DNA of 64,000 nucleotides from Camelus dromedarius (taxonomy: Eukaryota). The stretch is from contig NC_087437.1 of the NCBI RefSeq assembly GCF_036321535.1, positions 45,696,001 through 45,760,000 of the forward strand, read 5' to 3'. The position numbers were made by a program, and so were the translations under genes. Position 1 is the stretch's first letter; every line of letters starts with the position of its first letter. This document shows, one piece after another, positions 1-13,727 of this stretch. The notes below the pieces were generated by a model. That model made no database searches. It was given only the letters and a program-made list of their open reading frames with translations, and was not told where the DNA came from.

Positions 1-989
1 TTGGGCACACTTTCTGGCTTAATCCTCAGGACCCCAGGGAAAAGAGTTGTATTGTCCCCATTGTAAAGTAAGAGAACCACAGCACAGAATGTCACTGTCC
101 AGGTCTGTCTCTAAAGCCCATACTCTATTTTTTCTCCATCTCCCAGTTCCCAATCCATTTATTCCTTTTGCGACACTGCCCTTTGGCCCATATATTGTTT
201 TTGTCTAAGTGGTAGGGGGCAGATTTTCTTTTTTCTTAACCACACCATTAACAAGCTAGGGTAACTTGCCTGATGTGTGCCACAGGCTGTTGCCATATAG
301 AATTTCAATTTTCCCAACCAGGCAGAGCTACATGTTGTTAAAACCCGAAGCAAATGCCATGATGTGAACTGCCAGTGGGCTCCTCTTTGTTCACAACATA
401 AAAAGAAGTCCATTTCACTCCAGGAACCGCGGCCTCTTCCCCTTTATTCAGCTTAGCACACAAGACAGAGAGGTCTCTGTCGCACTATTTGTGGAAATCA
501 TTTATGACTGCGCTTGGACCTTCAGGCAGTTCTGCCTGGGCTCCATTCACCACCTCCAGGAATCCTGCCAGCATGACACACTCACATCAGACGCATTAAG
601 ACTTCGTTTTTTATTGTCCTACTGGTATCCTACCACTATTGCTGCAATAAAGAGTTTTATTTCGGAACCAAACAATTATTTGCTAGGATAGGTTGAAGCT
701 AGAAAATTGGTTTGTACCTCAAGGAGCAGTGAGAAGTCAGGAAAAGCTGCTCTCTTGCTGCTCCATTGATTCCTGGAGGTAGAAAGGAATGGATAAGAAT
801 TAAAATGCCCTCCATCCAGAGAATTGTTCAAACGGGTTTTGATTAAGCACGGAATCTTTTCAGAAAGGCTGCCAAAATTGTAGGCCTAGTTTTAAGTCAA
901 AGAAGCAATCAGATAAACTGACACTTAAGACCAAATATTCAAACACAGAGGCCTATATTTTTATCTGCTACAAATTCAGAGGGAAAAGG

Positions 990-1370
990 AAAAACAAGCC
1001 TCCTTACTGCTCACACTCTGATAGTCTGCTGGATATTTAGACTTAAGTTCAATCATTCAATAAGTAACTGATCAACTGCCTTCTATGGGCCATATATGCA
1101 CTCTGCTTGGTACTAGGGAGTTCCCAGTCCTCTGAAGGAAAAGGTAACAGGTAATTCTAACGTATGGTGATGCGTGTTCTGGTGGAGGCCTAATTTGGAC
1201 TTCACTGGATCCCACAGGAAGGAGCATCTGCACTGGCTGGGAGGTAGAGGCATAAAAGATTTTCTCATAGCTCCTAATCTAGTCTTGAAAGACAAGCATA
1301 AATTAGCAAAGAGTAGAGGAAAAGATAAGAAAAAAGAGAGAGTAGGTGTTTGGGAAACTACAAATATTTT
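990..1370 (-). mobile_element. L2 LINE 3' fragment
   Basis: ttcaatcattcaataagtaactga...ttctatggg matches the antisense L2 3' end, followed by purine-rich L2-like body. Confidence 0.55.
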
Positions 1371-1399
1371 CAGATAACCAACAAAGCTACTTAGACCCA

Positions 1400-1850
1400 C
1401 CCAGCTGTCCTGCCATCACACAGTTCACATATTTAAAATTAAATTTGTTACCCCGTCTGAAGCCCAAAATTTCCATCCTGCCTGAATTTACATCTTGGCT
1501 CAAAACCTTGGGTTTTCTTTTAATTTTTCCTTTTCCCTCACTCTCCTGTTCAATCACCAGATTGTATCTCTTCCACCTCTGCAACACATTTTGCCATAAC
1601 GTCCCCCTTTTTAATCTACCATTGCCAATATACTAGTCCAAATCCTTTGTACCTTATTCCTAGACTGTGCCAATAGCTGCCTTCTACTTCTGTTCCCCAA
1701 CACATTCCATTAACTGCAAATGGTTGATTTTCTTGAACATTATGAAGTGGCTCCTTCCTCAAAAATCTTTAATGCACTTAAGTATAAAGCCCATCCTCTA
1801 AGCCAAACAGGCTAGTGAGCCTTAATTTGTCCCTATGCTGCTTTTCTAAT
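1400..1850 (+). mobile_element. L2 LINE fragment
   Basis: pyrimidine-rich L2-like motifs such as ctagactgtgccaatagctgcct and ctccttcctcaaaaatctttaatg. Confidence 0.55.
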
Positions 1851-2109
1851 CACAGCTCATACTGTGCATCTAAATAACCTCCTCCCTTCAGTCAAATGGT
1901 TGTGTTCATTTGTTACATTTCATACTCAATGCCTTTGTTTCTACCATAGCCCATGCTTTAATTCCCCCAAACTGAATCCTGCATATTCTTAAACAGCCAC
2001 ACTCATCCCTTCCATACAGCCTTAAGATCGAATCACAGTTATTTCTTCCTCCTAAGAATCAGTGTGATTTGATGTTTTAAGAACAATTTTAGTAAAGAAA
2101 TGAAAATGA

Positions 2110-2280
2110 ATGTTCACTGAGAACCTACTACATATCGAGTCATTTAAAACTCTAGGAGTTAAGTGTTGTTTTACAAATAAGGAAACTGCAGTTAAAAGAG
2201 GTTAAGTAGAGTAGTCAACATCACATAGCTATTATATTTAAACCCAGGTCAATGTAACTCCAGACTTCTTGATCTTTCAT
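2110..2280 (-). mobile_element. MIR SINE
   Basis: MIR core-like ttttacaaataaggaaactgcagttaaaagaggttaagt. Confidence 0.65.
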
Positions 2281-2369
2281 CTATAGAATCTAACCTTTTC
2301 TAAATTAATCATCAGCATTATCATTGTTACCATCTAGTACTTACTATGTACAAAATATGTGCTAATATT

Positions 2370-2575
2370 TTGAGTTGATCCAATAAATGTCTAATAGGAG
2401 TTCTAGAAGGGAATAGAAAAAAATTAGGAAGGGTAATATTCAAAGAGATAATAACTCAGAATTTCCTAAAATTATTGAAAAACATGAACCCTCAAACACA
2501 GGAAACCATATATCTAAGCAGACTAAAGAAAATTTTACCCCAGAACAAACTGTAGTAAAAACAAAAGACAAAAAG
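2370..2575 (+). mobile_element. Old L1/HAL1 ORF1 fragment
   Basis: ctaataggagttctagaag...atattcaaagagataataactcagaatttcctaaaatt resembles L1 ORF1 (IGVPE...IFKEII.ENFP.L). Confidence 0.65.
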
Positions 2576-4369
2576 TTGAATTTTTTCTTACTATAACTTA
2601 CCTTCCAAGCATCCTCTTTACAAATGCATATACCACAGAGAGAGAAAGTATTCAGTCATTTGTGGATAGCTGAGAATTCATTGGTTGGTTTGTTTCTGCT
2701 TAGGTCACTTGCATGGGAAAGCTCTGAGTTTTCTTCAGAGGAAAATTATTTTGGAATATGAGCATTCACTTAGAAAAATAGCTTTGGATGAATTTGGCAG
2801 TTAGGGTCTTTGAATACAAAAGAAGGGGCAGAATGAGTGTACCTGACACTATGAAAGAAGAAAGGAAACACAAAGGGCAAAGAAAACAAAGCAATGTGTA
2901 TGATAATGCATCATCCACCTCATGTTTGGCTTCAGGCCAGTCCTACCAAGAAGCAAGTAGGAATTTTCAGAAAACTATCATATTCCACAACTATCTCTGA
3001 AGGCCCCAAGAATGAATTGGGTTAATCCTATAACAAATTATACATGGCAAAATCATACAGCAATAACATTACAGAGTAGAAAAGGGACAAAAAAGCTGAA
3101 CTTCAGCCCTAGTTCCAACATACTCTGTGTGACCTTGGAAACTGTGCTCCAGCATCAGCAACTATAAGCAAATATAATGCTACCTGTTCAGTTTATCTCA
3201 TTTATGAGAATAAAATGAGTCAACACATGTAAACATCTTATTTGTCTGTAACAGGTGAAAAAATGTAAAAGATTACAGTTATTTTGTCAAATAAGCCACA
3301 TAACAGCTAACAGTGAACACCCATTTACACTGTGTATAACTAAAGACCATCGATAGCCTCCTAAGAAAGGTCTTATGTGGTGACTCTTCAAAAGTACTTA
3401 AACAGGCATTTTCCATTCACTAGAAGTGAATAATCTCAAGCTTACAATACAGAACTTAAAGTAGATTCAAAGGTCACCCAGTCACCCACGAGGTGTGTGA
3501 TGGTAACAATATTTTCAGTTCATTTCAGATGATCAAAGTCAAGTTGTGTTGTTAGCTACAGGTGGCCCACACCCGGGTTTTTCTCTCTCTGCATCCTTTC
3601 TTTCAAAAAGCACTGGAGCATATAATTACTTGATTTTCACACAAATGTTCAATTGTCTCAAATAACAGGGAGATGAGGCAAATTTAATTCTGAGAGCACA
3701 ATTTCTATGCCTGCCATTGGAAATGTATCCATTTGATTCATTTTGTTTGAATCAAATGAACACATTTTGAAAAGTTAAAATGGTCTGATGTGCTTATTTC
3801 AGAAATTCTCTTTACTGACAAGTGCATATTTGCAAGGTGTCTTAAATGTGTCAAGTTACCATGTTGGAATATAATCAGGCTAGATATAATGAGAATGAGT
3901 AAACGTAAAGGACTGTCTGCGTATCCTTCTCTAGGAGTGAAACATGTTGTTGCTAATTCTAAGGACCAAATGAAGGAGAAAGGGAAGTATTTTGGAAACC
4001 CTTTCACTGCAATCATGTTGAAAGTCTGTACACTGTGAATGTTTCATGACGTCTGTGAGCTGACATGAGCATAAGTTGAGATGCTGAAAGATTAATCAGC
4101 TCCTTTGCAGTCCAGACCCTCTAGCTATAGAAATATTCTAATGCCAACTCCTAAGCTATTAGAAATAGTGAAATAAATCTTACTCTAAAAGGAATCTTGG
4201 TGACACTATATATAATTTGTTGACATTAAATGGCATTAGACCTTCCCTAGCATTTTTTTCAGTCCTGTGTCTCATATGACCCTGGAAGAAAACACTAACA
4301 ACTCAAAAACCTCACTGGTCCCTCACCTTCAAAATTCCAGTTAACATAATTTTATCCTTGAAGCTAGAG

Positions 4370-4687
4370 ATTAAAAGCATTAGCTCTGGAGACAGGCATC
4401 CCTGGGTTGCCCCCCTTACAGGCTTTAGAACATGGCGCCACTTCCCAGACATCACTAACTCCAACATCTGACGCATAAAATGAGGATAATTATACCCACT
4501 TCATTGCGGTAGGTATGGGAGGCAGCACTGTAATTAAAGGCATTTCCCTGAAGCCAGTCTAACTGGATTTCAATTCTGGTTCACATTTAACTAGCTGTGT
4601 GACCTTGGGCAAGTTACACTACCTTTCACGCCTCAATGTCGCCATTTATTCAATGTGCCTCTTAGGACTGTCCATTATTAAGATAAT
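4370..4687 (+). mobile_element. Two adjacent MIR SINEs; the second is interrupted by MLT1A and MER53
   Basis: actagctgtgtgaccttgggcaagttacactacctttcacgcctca MIR core; a MIR-like tail resumes near 5220-5290. Confidence 0.65.
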
Positions 4688-5045
4688 TTCTATGGATTGA
4701 AAGTTTGTGTTCCTCCAAAATTCCCATGTTGAAAACCTAACCCCCAATGTGATTGTTATTAAGAGGTGGGGACTCAGGAAGTAATTAGGTCACGAGAGTG
4801 GAGCCCTCATGAATGGGATTTAAGCCCTTATAAAGGAGACATCAGAGAGCTCCCTTACCCCTTCCACCATGTTGAGGACACAGAGCAAACCAGGAAGCAG
4901 GCCCTCACCAGACACTGAATCTGCCAGAAACTTGATCTTGAATTTCCCAGTCTCCAGAACTATGAGAAATGAATTTATTTTATTTATAAGCCACCCAGGC
5001 TGTGTCTGTGATATTCTGTTACAGCAGCCTGAATAGACTAAGACA
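4688..5045 (+). mobile_element. MLT1A-type MaLR solo LTR
   Basis: start ttctatggattgaaagtttgtgttcctccaaaattc, end gcagcctgaatagactaagaca; 5-bp TSD ATAAT/ACAAT. Confidence 0.88.
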
Positions 5046-5059
5046 ACAATGCACATAAC

Positions 5060-5219
5060 TACAGTTGCCAAATTTAGAAAATAAAAGTACAAGATATTCA
5101 ATTTAATTTGAATCCCAGAAAAAAATCATTTTAGTTCCATATTTATGTTAAAAATTGTTCGTTTTTTCATCTGAAATTCAAATTAAACAGGGTATCCTGT
5201 ATTTTACCTGTCTACATTA
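5060..5219. mobile_element. MER53 palindromic non-autonomous DNA transposon
   Basis: inverted arms gttgccaaatttag...aatttaatttgaat and atctgaaattcaaattaaacagggtatcctgtatttta match recalled MER53; centre partly deleted. Confidence 0.75.
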
Positions 5220-6381
5220 CATTTCATGCACTTAGAAAATTCTATGTCAGTACGTACTGAGTGATCAATATCTAATCCTAATATTATGCTAGTATTTAAA
5301 TCCATGAATACACAGCTTAGCATACACTAACTGCTCAACAAACAAGAGGCACTGACAGAATTTCACCACCCCACTATCCATCTCTCTTAGTGTTGCTTGC
5401 TAGGAGGCCCAAAGATTAATTCAAATATAAATTTAAAATAAAATTTGTCTCAACAACACTGCCCCTCCATTCACATTGAAATAGTCAGAAGTCATTCCTC
5501 CAATTACTTACTTATCCCCTAAGTGCTAAACAGTCATTGAATTGTTACTATGTGTTAACCACAGCAACTGAAAGCATGAACAGGCTAACAGGGAAGGGGA
5601 GGCAGTGTTCCTGGGTGAAGTAGGAGGTTACCAAAGTCCCCTCCCATATCTCCAAAATTCATTAAGTAATTTTTAAGTAAGTAAACGCGAAAGAAGATTA
5701 AGTAAGAAATGAGAAGTTAATTGCTCTGCAAGGTACCCACTACATGTTCAGAAACAGAATTGTTGTTCTTATTACTATTATTTTTGTCCATCTTAGCAGA
5801 TAAAACTAAACCAGTTCATATATTTCACATATATCTATTCTCTATTTACCTATTTTACTTAGGAAAACCAATTCTCCTGTGCAAATTTACATCTATTGAG
5901 CAAGGAATATCTTCTTTATGACATGGTTCATTTTGAAACAAATGTTAAACAAATATTATGCAGTAATATGTTAAATATTATAATGAGGTAACCCAATATA
6001 TCTTTTGGACAATAATCAAAATTCTCTCTACAATACCCAAAATGACCACAGGTATCTAAAGGTACATTTATAATTATAATACCTCACATAGCATTTTACT
6101 GATACCATCAGAATACTTCTTTTTAACTTCACTGGAAAGCCAGAAATTAATGACCTGTTTATCCACTTTTGAAGTTTTTACAAGTTACATAAGTTTCTCT
6201 CACTATAAAATTTCTTAAGACAGCAGAACCCAAGAACCTCATTGCTTATAATCCGCATCCTGCATCTGTGCAGAAATTGCCAAATGAATGGGACAAATGA
6301 AATACTGTATAACAACACAGTTCATAAAGTGTAGATGTTAGAGAAGCTTTGAGGAAACCTAACATTCAAAGATCTGTTCAT

Positions 6382-6456
6382 AGTCACACAGCCGTCACAG
6401 CGCAGTCACACAGCCGTCACAGCGCAGTCACACAGCCGTCACAGCACAGTCACACA
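6382..6456. repeat. 22-bp minisatellite, about 3.4 copies
   Basis: agtcacacagccgtcacagcgc x2, a third copy with one change, then a partial copy. Confidence 0.95.
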
Positions 6457-8720
6457 AGGAACGATCAGTGAGGTGTTCACAGTCACGAGGCAACTCCAAA
6501 AATGGGTGCCTTGAGTTTCATGGCTTTTGAGTCTGTTTCAGTGGAACTTGATGGAAACAGGAATTGCCTGTGTGGCAGTATTTTCAGTCCTAGTAACCTT
6601 CACCACACAACCACAGCCCTGGACAACTATGAAAATCATGACTTGAATAAGCTGGCTTTAAAGTGCAATCATGCCTTCCAATCTTAGGAAGTAGTCGCTG
6701 GATCTCAGCACTGTTGGAGCTGGATATGTCATGGTGAGGGAAGAGATGGTTTTGCCTTGTAGATACTGAAATATATATTGTTCTAGAAAGCTTAAGAACA
6801 TTGATGAGCCTTTCTGGTCAACCAAAGAAGGCAACAACCTACCTATAACGGGGAGAGGGGGGAGTGCTTGAGCTAGTAGATTTATTCCAAGTATTGGAGA
6901 TTCATAATGAGATGTTAAATATTCTGCTTAATAAGAAAATATTTGTCTTTACTGAAGGCAAAGTACATTGCTCAAGAGAGAGTAAGATATTAACTGAGTT
7001 CAGCTCACCCTGGATGGGCTGGAGAGGAGAAACCAGTATTGATGCCGAGAGGTGGGAACACAGAAAGTACAGAGACAGGATGGTGTTAGGCTCCTGTCTG
7101 AGAAGTCTGACTGCCAACAGAGGGGCCTCCTGTAAAGGAGACAAGCTAAGGGGTTAAGAAAAGTGACACCTACAATTGTGGCACTTATGTTGTCCTCATG
7201 TCTTCAGTAAAGTATTAAAAGAAGGTGGAGGATGGCCCTAGCAATAGAGAATGAGCTAAAAGTCATCAGTGGAGAAGCTCAGAGCAGGCACCTAAAGAGA
7301 GAATCAACAACATCCAAGATAGATTCATGGACCATGTCAGGGCTCCCCAAGATTTTCAGTAATTTTCAAGGCATAACCAGACCTCCTGTGATTATGCAGA
7401 TATGCGTTCAGGTGGTATTTAGTTGGCACTTAAGGAAAATGAACCTGATCCCTCAACCTCCTCCACCCCTACTTGTCAGAGGCAGAAAATCTTGGGACTA
7501 TCTGGGTCATCTCTGATTTATCTCCCAAACTATTTCACCAAGAAAACATTCACATGGAAACAAGCTCTGTGGACTCTCCTGATGAATTCTACATTCTCTT
7601 TTATTCCACCCACAAACTCAATCATTCCTGCTGCTCCCAAATTACCATTTGTGATCATCTACATGTTTATAGATGACTTCACTCTGTAATTCCTTCATTT
7701 TTTCCTATCTGATTGTTGGAATTTTTTTCCCATCAATGTGCTCCATTTTTTGTTTGGGTCTTTTTTTTTCCCCCAGTGGGGAGGGCAGTGGGAAAGGCAG
7801 GAGGGAGCAGGTGCTGGGGGGAGGAGGGAGTCCCAAATGTATTCAAACTGAAGCTGCAATGAAAGAAAATATGCACTCCCAGCCTTATGCATTTTTAATA
7901 CTTCATTCAAGAGAAGAGCAATGTTTTTGTTATGCCATTTGCTTAGGCTCCTCTCACTATTTGTCTTGCATAACAAGTTATCTCACTTCCTCCTCCTTCT
8001 CACATAGAAGTGCTGCAGTTGCCATTTAGTGATCCTCCAGGACGCCACATAATACACCGTGTTGCCTTCCAGCCAGCCTCCGCGTAATTATCACAGGATG
8101 AATTGCCCAGGCTACAGATGTTTCCCTGATTATCTTTTCATCATAACGATACGCAATCCCACTTGTATCCCTCCACACCCTCACTCATTATAATAATAAT
8201 GTCCTGTTCCCTTTCTACAGCATCTCCATTCTCAGGATCCCAGAGTGCTCAAGAAAAACAAGAATTGTTCCCTACCTCCCCTGAAATGAGTTAAACATTC
8301 TTGATGCTAAATCCCTTGCAAAGCTAAACAATTGAAGAGCCAGAAATGAAAAGAATTTATTTGATTACAACCTCAGGAGACCACCATGACACTAAGAGTA
8401 GCTCCCTCCGCGGATGGACCTTATCAAACCCAAGCACAAGTGACATTAATTGCACGTAATGTCTAAGATTTTGTTTCAAGGACTTCAAGGGCACAGATTC
8501 CTTCTTGTAAAATGTATCCTGTAAGATACAACTTCTAAGTAAACTCCAAACCTTGCACGCAAATTGAACATGATTAATTCTGTCCAGTGATAAACTGATG
8601 AGGCTGGCTCTTCATGGAAAGAAGAATGAACTATGAGTCATGTCATAATGTCACTATGGCATTAAGTGGCTAGCTTCCTATTTCATTCTTAATTTCTCCT
8701 GTTTAAAAAAGTTACTTCAT

Positions 8721-8840
8721 GGGGGTGGGGGTATAGCTCAGTGGTGGAGTGCATGCTAAGCATGCACGAGGTCCTGGGTTCTACCCCCCAGTATCTTCAC
8801 AAAGAAATGAATAAGTAAATAAATTAAAGATAAAAACTGT
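8721..8840 (+). mobile_element. Vic-1-type tRNA-derived SINE (camelid)
   Basis: ggtatagctcagtggt A-box, gggttctacccc B-box-like, A-rich tail; TSD aaaagttacttca (8707-8719) / aaaggttacttca (8841-8853). Confidence 0.85.
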
Positions 8841-9329
8841 AAAGGTTACTTCACTTGCTTTTCTTTTTACATCACAGGAACATCAAGTTTTCGAGTTAGA
8901 GTTCAACTTTCACTCAGGTTCTTGCTGTCCCTCGAGTTCTCCATAAGTTCTTTTCTTCCTACCCTTTCACATCCTAGTTCACCTGCCCTTACTGCACCTG
9001 GGTGCCCACTCATCCTACAAGACTCATTGTAGGTATCACCAAGCTTTTACTTAGCATCTATTGTAAAGGTTTCCAGAAATACAAAACCAAAATAGTTTCT
9101 TCCATCAAAGAGCTCGTAATAGAGTTAGGCGGAAAACACAAGCACGCAAGTAACCATCATAAAATGCGTAACCCAAGTATAACCAAAGCACCACAATGTC
9201 CCTCTTCTATGTCCCATTGATTCAAAGAAAGTGCAGTTTAACAGAACAAGACAATTGAAATACATTCCAATTATTATGCAAAAACTCTTAAGAAATTATC
9301 TAATCGCCAAGAGGTGTAGAAGGAGTAAC

Positions 9330-9510
9330 TCCTTGAGGAATACCTTCCGACGTACTTTCTCATTTACTTACTGTGTTCACTGCTCACTGTCTGTCTCCTC
9401 CACAAGTTCTGTGGAGGCAGAGATTTATTGTTTTCACCAATGTATCTTAAGAATGGGAATGATGCCTAGCTCACAACAGTCACACAGCAAATGTTTGTTG
9501 AATGAATAAA
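9330..9510 (+). mobile_element. L2 3' end
   Basis: ends in tgcctagctcacaacagtcacacagcaaatgtttgttgaatgaataaa. Confidence 0.7.
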
Positions 9511-10860
9511 CTGCCTTACCTTTCATACTCCATATATTCTTAGCAGGTAGAAGCCACTCCTCAAAACTCACCTGAAAAGTTTCCCCAGGACCAGCCTCCA
9601 GATGCCTCTCCTCACTGAATCACAGTTACAGGGAATCTCTTCCTCTTCTGAGAGGCCATGTATGTGTGCTGGAAAATGAGGCAGGGAAGACTTCTGCAAC
9701 TCTTCCAAAAACAACTCTTCTGTTTTGCTTCAGAATACTTGATTTATACCTACGGAACAGAGCATATCATATCATTATAATTACTTACATTTTCTAGGCA
9801 ACTTCTCCACTTGAATGTAAGATCCTTAAGACACTTTATTCAATTTTGTAACACCCAGGGCATATCTACTTTTGGAAAAATAGGAGATGCTCAAGAAGTA
9901 TTTGGTGAATAAAAAGTAGTGAATGAATAAGCCATTTTCACTTGGGGTCAAATTTTCAAGACCTGGAGCCTCTCACATTCTTAAGAGTAGACTCTAGACC
10001 TGAATACATGGAGGCCTTTGAACAACTAAGATGAGTGTGATACATTCAGCATGGGGATTACTGCATTATTTCTAGATTACTGGACCTGATTGCCTTGAAT
10101 GTTAGGCATTTTTATGAATGGAGATAAAGAGAAAGCAGATGACACTTCTACTAAGAAATGTTTGCTTTCTCAATCTAATTCTTAAAATGCAGAAAAACTT
10201 AATCTACACACAACTCAACACAGTGGACTCCTGTCAATTACCCATATTGTACAATAAGATGTGTGTGAATATATCTATATGTGTGTGTGTATGCATTTTT
10301 TAAATGCTATGTCAAACATAAATGAATAAAAGACATCTCACAGTATGTGGGGGTCTCAGTTTATTGGTTTTATAAACAAAATTTTATTTGATATTAATAG
10401 GCAGTGTTCTGAATTCCTCCTTATTCTTTCAGGCGACAAGTCAAACAAGGAAATAAACCAGAATCTCTATTCGGCCTGATTGGCTGTTTCATGGATTCAT
10501 GCCAGTAGTGCTTTCCCTTAGCAGATGAAAAAAAGAATGGACGGACAAGAAGTTTTAGTTTTAAAAAAAAGATACACATTTCTAATAAGAAGGAAATGCA
10601 AGGCAGGTGGCAATTCAGAGCCAACAAGTGGGGACTACTTAAACAACACAAAACAAATGAAGCTCTGGATGACCAGGGGTGAGTCTAAAAACTCACATCC
10701 ACCAGTTTCTAGATAACATCTAATTGTTACAACTTGAATTTGAAATGGTAAACCAAGACTTAGCAATGCAAAGTAGGTATCAGTAGGGTATCCGATACAG
10801 AGCAGACGAAAAATTTGGATAAAGTGCTGATTAAAGCCCTTTTTAGACTAAAGTCTAACC

Positions 10861-11280
10861 TGTGGTAGATTGCATTGTTTTTTCAAAAATTTTTACTTCT
10901 CCTTCCATTCTCACCTTTCACTGAATGACTGCAGTTTCTCCAGTAGAGACAGTATATTTCCTGGCCCACTGATGTTAGTTTGGCCAAGTAATTTGCTTTG
11001 TCCAGTGGAAGGTGGGCAGAAGTGACATGTGCCTGTTCTGAAACTAGGTTGTAAGAGGCATCCCATGTTTCTACCTGCCCTTCCTGTGTCTCTGTCATCA
11101 ACATAGGGAGAACCTGCCTTGTCTTGCTGTTGGAGCAAAACAAATAAAAAAATGCATGGAGCTGACCTTGCCCTAATCAGCAGTTTGGAGCCCTGCCCAG
11201 CCGGTCTCAGCCTTAGTGAGTCAAAGCCTAGCCCACCTGCAGATATGGGAAGAGGAATAAAATGATGTGAACTGTGAACT
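10861..11280 (+). mobile_element. MLT1I/J-type MaLR LTR
   Basis: tgtggtagattgcatt start; ggccaagtaatttgctttgtccagtggaaggtgggcagaagtgacatgtgcc core. Confidence 0.75.
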
Positions 11281-13727
11281 TCATCCCTGATCTTGTAACC
11301 AAAAATCTTCAGTAAATTTCCAAAAATCACCTTTTGTTATATGTGGCCTGATTCTTTGTCAAAGATGAGAAAGGACATGGGATTGTGAACAGGCTAGTGG
11401 AGAGTTGCAAGAGCTGCCACCCACACGGATGAAAGGAATAGCCAAAACCAGGTAAAAATGGGAACAAATCTACCTAAGGTTTTCGATAAATATACTTTAA
11501 CATGTATGCTTAAAGTGTAATTTGGTGAGTCAATTCAGTGTCTCAATGAATTCTGGTTGTAATTTATAATCTGACATTGCTGAATGATTATTGAGAATTC
11601 TTATTTCTTTCTCAAAAATACTTTCATTGATTTTCATAATTGTACTGCTGGGGAAAACATTAGACAATTTGATTTGGTGGCAATAGGACAGAACTACTAT
11701 ACAGTAATTTAGCAAGCTCCCTTTCTACTCCTGCAGAATACTCATCAAACGTAAGAATTTAGTATTTCAAGGGCTATGGCCTCTTGGGGTGTTTTAGGGT
11801 GAATATAGTAGAGACAGGGAGAGGACGGAGACAACGAAGGAAGAAAGCTGGGTCAAATACCTACCGCCTCTGACGACGTGCCCTCGGTCACTGCTGACCA
11901 ACATTTTGGGGTAAGGGAAGAACAGCTCAAGAAAAGAAGATGGTGAAAAGAATGAGAGAGGAAGTCAAGGCATAAGGGATGCTTCAGGCAAATTTCAACA
12001 AGCCTGCTTTATGGTAGGAACAAGTATTTGCTGTTCCTGTTTGAAACTGGTCAAAATAAAGAAAGAGAAGCTGAACTGCCCGAAAAAGTAGAATGGGAAC
12101 ACCCTCTCTCTAACACACAGTGAGTGCCACTAACTGATCCTCCCTCAACTCACTGAGGAGAGAGATCCAGGCAGCCCTGGAGGCTTGCATCCACCCCCAG
12201 TACCCACCCCCTGCGCTCTCTCACTTGACTTGGGAGCTCAGTGGGAAGCAGGCTTAGCAGGGTCGTTCAATGAAAGAGTAAGTTTAAACTCTGAAACCGA
12301 GCTCCAGAGACTCCTCTTTCCACCAAAGGGATTTTCTCCACCAGGAAGCTCCATTGTCACATAGTCACAGAGCTGTTCCCCGCCTTCCTTCTCTATACCT
12401 ATGGGAAACATTCTAGGGGAGGAGCCCTCTGTAACAGGGCCCTATCTATGCAGCCTTTGATCCATCCAGACCAGCCTCAGCTTTCTCTTCTATGGGATCA
12501 GAAGGGCTGGGGAGGAGAAAAGAGTCTGGAAAAGAAGTAAGCAAGTTGAACAGGTACAAACACGTTCAGTCAAGAGATCAGAGAACAGAGTCAGGGTACT
12601 GGGTGTGCTCTGCTACACTTCTGCTTGAAAGACCTTCTTCCCCCTTTAACTGTAAGGTGGATTTGTGGTCTTATCGAAGACATTTAATTCTACCGCAGAA
12701 AAGAAGAAAACAGATGGGTGATGAAGCTCATAAGTAAGTAACGTGAGGCAGGTTCGGCTGTAGTAGGTAGAGCAGTGTTCACTGAAGGTGGCCAAGAGAC
12801 AGCTAATAACCACAATACGCTAAACAGACGTAAAGCATCGAGGCACTTGATATTCCTGAATTCCTAAATCCACCTCCCACTGATGATCTCTGTTCTGGCT
12901 CCACAAAGTCTTCGCTCAGAAACTCGGATAAAATCCCTACTTGCTCACAAGCCTAAATAGCAAACAACAGCTACGGGCCAGGTGGACTTGCCTCTACATC
13001 TTTCTTATACATCAAGCATATATGTTGGCCAAGTGCACTTTCTATGGGATAGCATCCACTTGATTAACATTAATTTGCCTTAAAAACCACAACATCAACA
13101 GGGAAAGCTGTTGAGCTAGAGAAAGATGGACAGAAAAAGAAAAAAATATATGAACATTGTATACTCCAGAGTATAGATAAGATGATCCTTCTGCCCATTT
13201 TCACCTTATCCTAAGTGTGTTAATTTATGCCATCTTTCCACTTGCTTCTCAGTTTTAAATTTATTCAATAAGCCAATAAATCACGGTTCAAGCATCGTAA
13301 TGTTGTCTGTGAGCTTTTCTGTTGTTCTGTGACTTCTGGGATACTTTGCCTGATAATTTACTTAGAGATTACTTTTTCATCAAGGTAATTTCCCAAACAA
13401 CAAAACCACATTTAATATGGCCACCATTTGGCACAAGAGGAGTCCATACACATGTTTGTATAGACCTCCTTTGCATGGCCAACAGGAAGTTGGTTCAACA
13501 AACTTAGCTGAAAAAATGTTAGTATGGCTAAAAAGGTCCTCTCCCTTTGAGCACTGGTTACTATTCCAACATTCCCAATACTAACCCCACCTGCTCCATT
13601 TGGGTTATATACCAACCATACTAAGGTACTTGAAATTGTCTCAATCATGCCCTGTATTCTCACTCCTCAAGGTCTTTGAATGTGGAGTTCCTCTGCATAA
13701 AATATCCCTCTCTGCCTATAGAAATAT

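Noticed and set aside
6382..6456. CRISPR-like array (also 15003-15215)
   Set aside because: Mammalian DNA; contiguous or heavily diverged tandem units, no unique spacers between identical repeats, no cas genes.
8721..8800. tRNA gene (also 43210 and 62740)
   Set aside because: Heads of SINEs with A-rich tails, two with clear TSDs; cloverleaf not intact.
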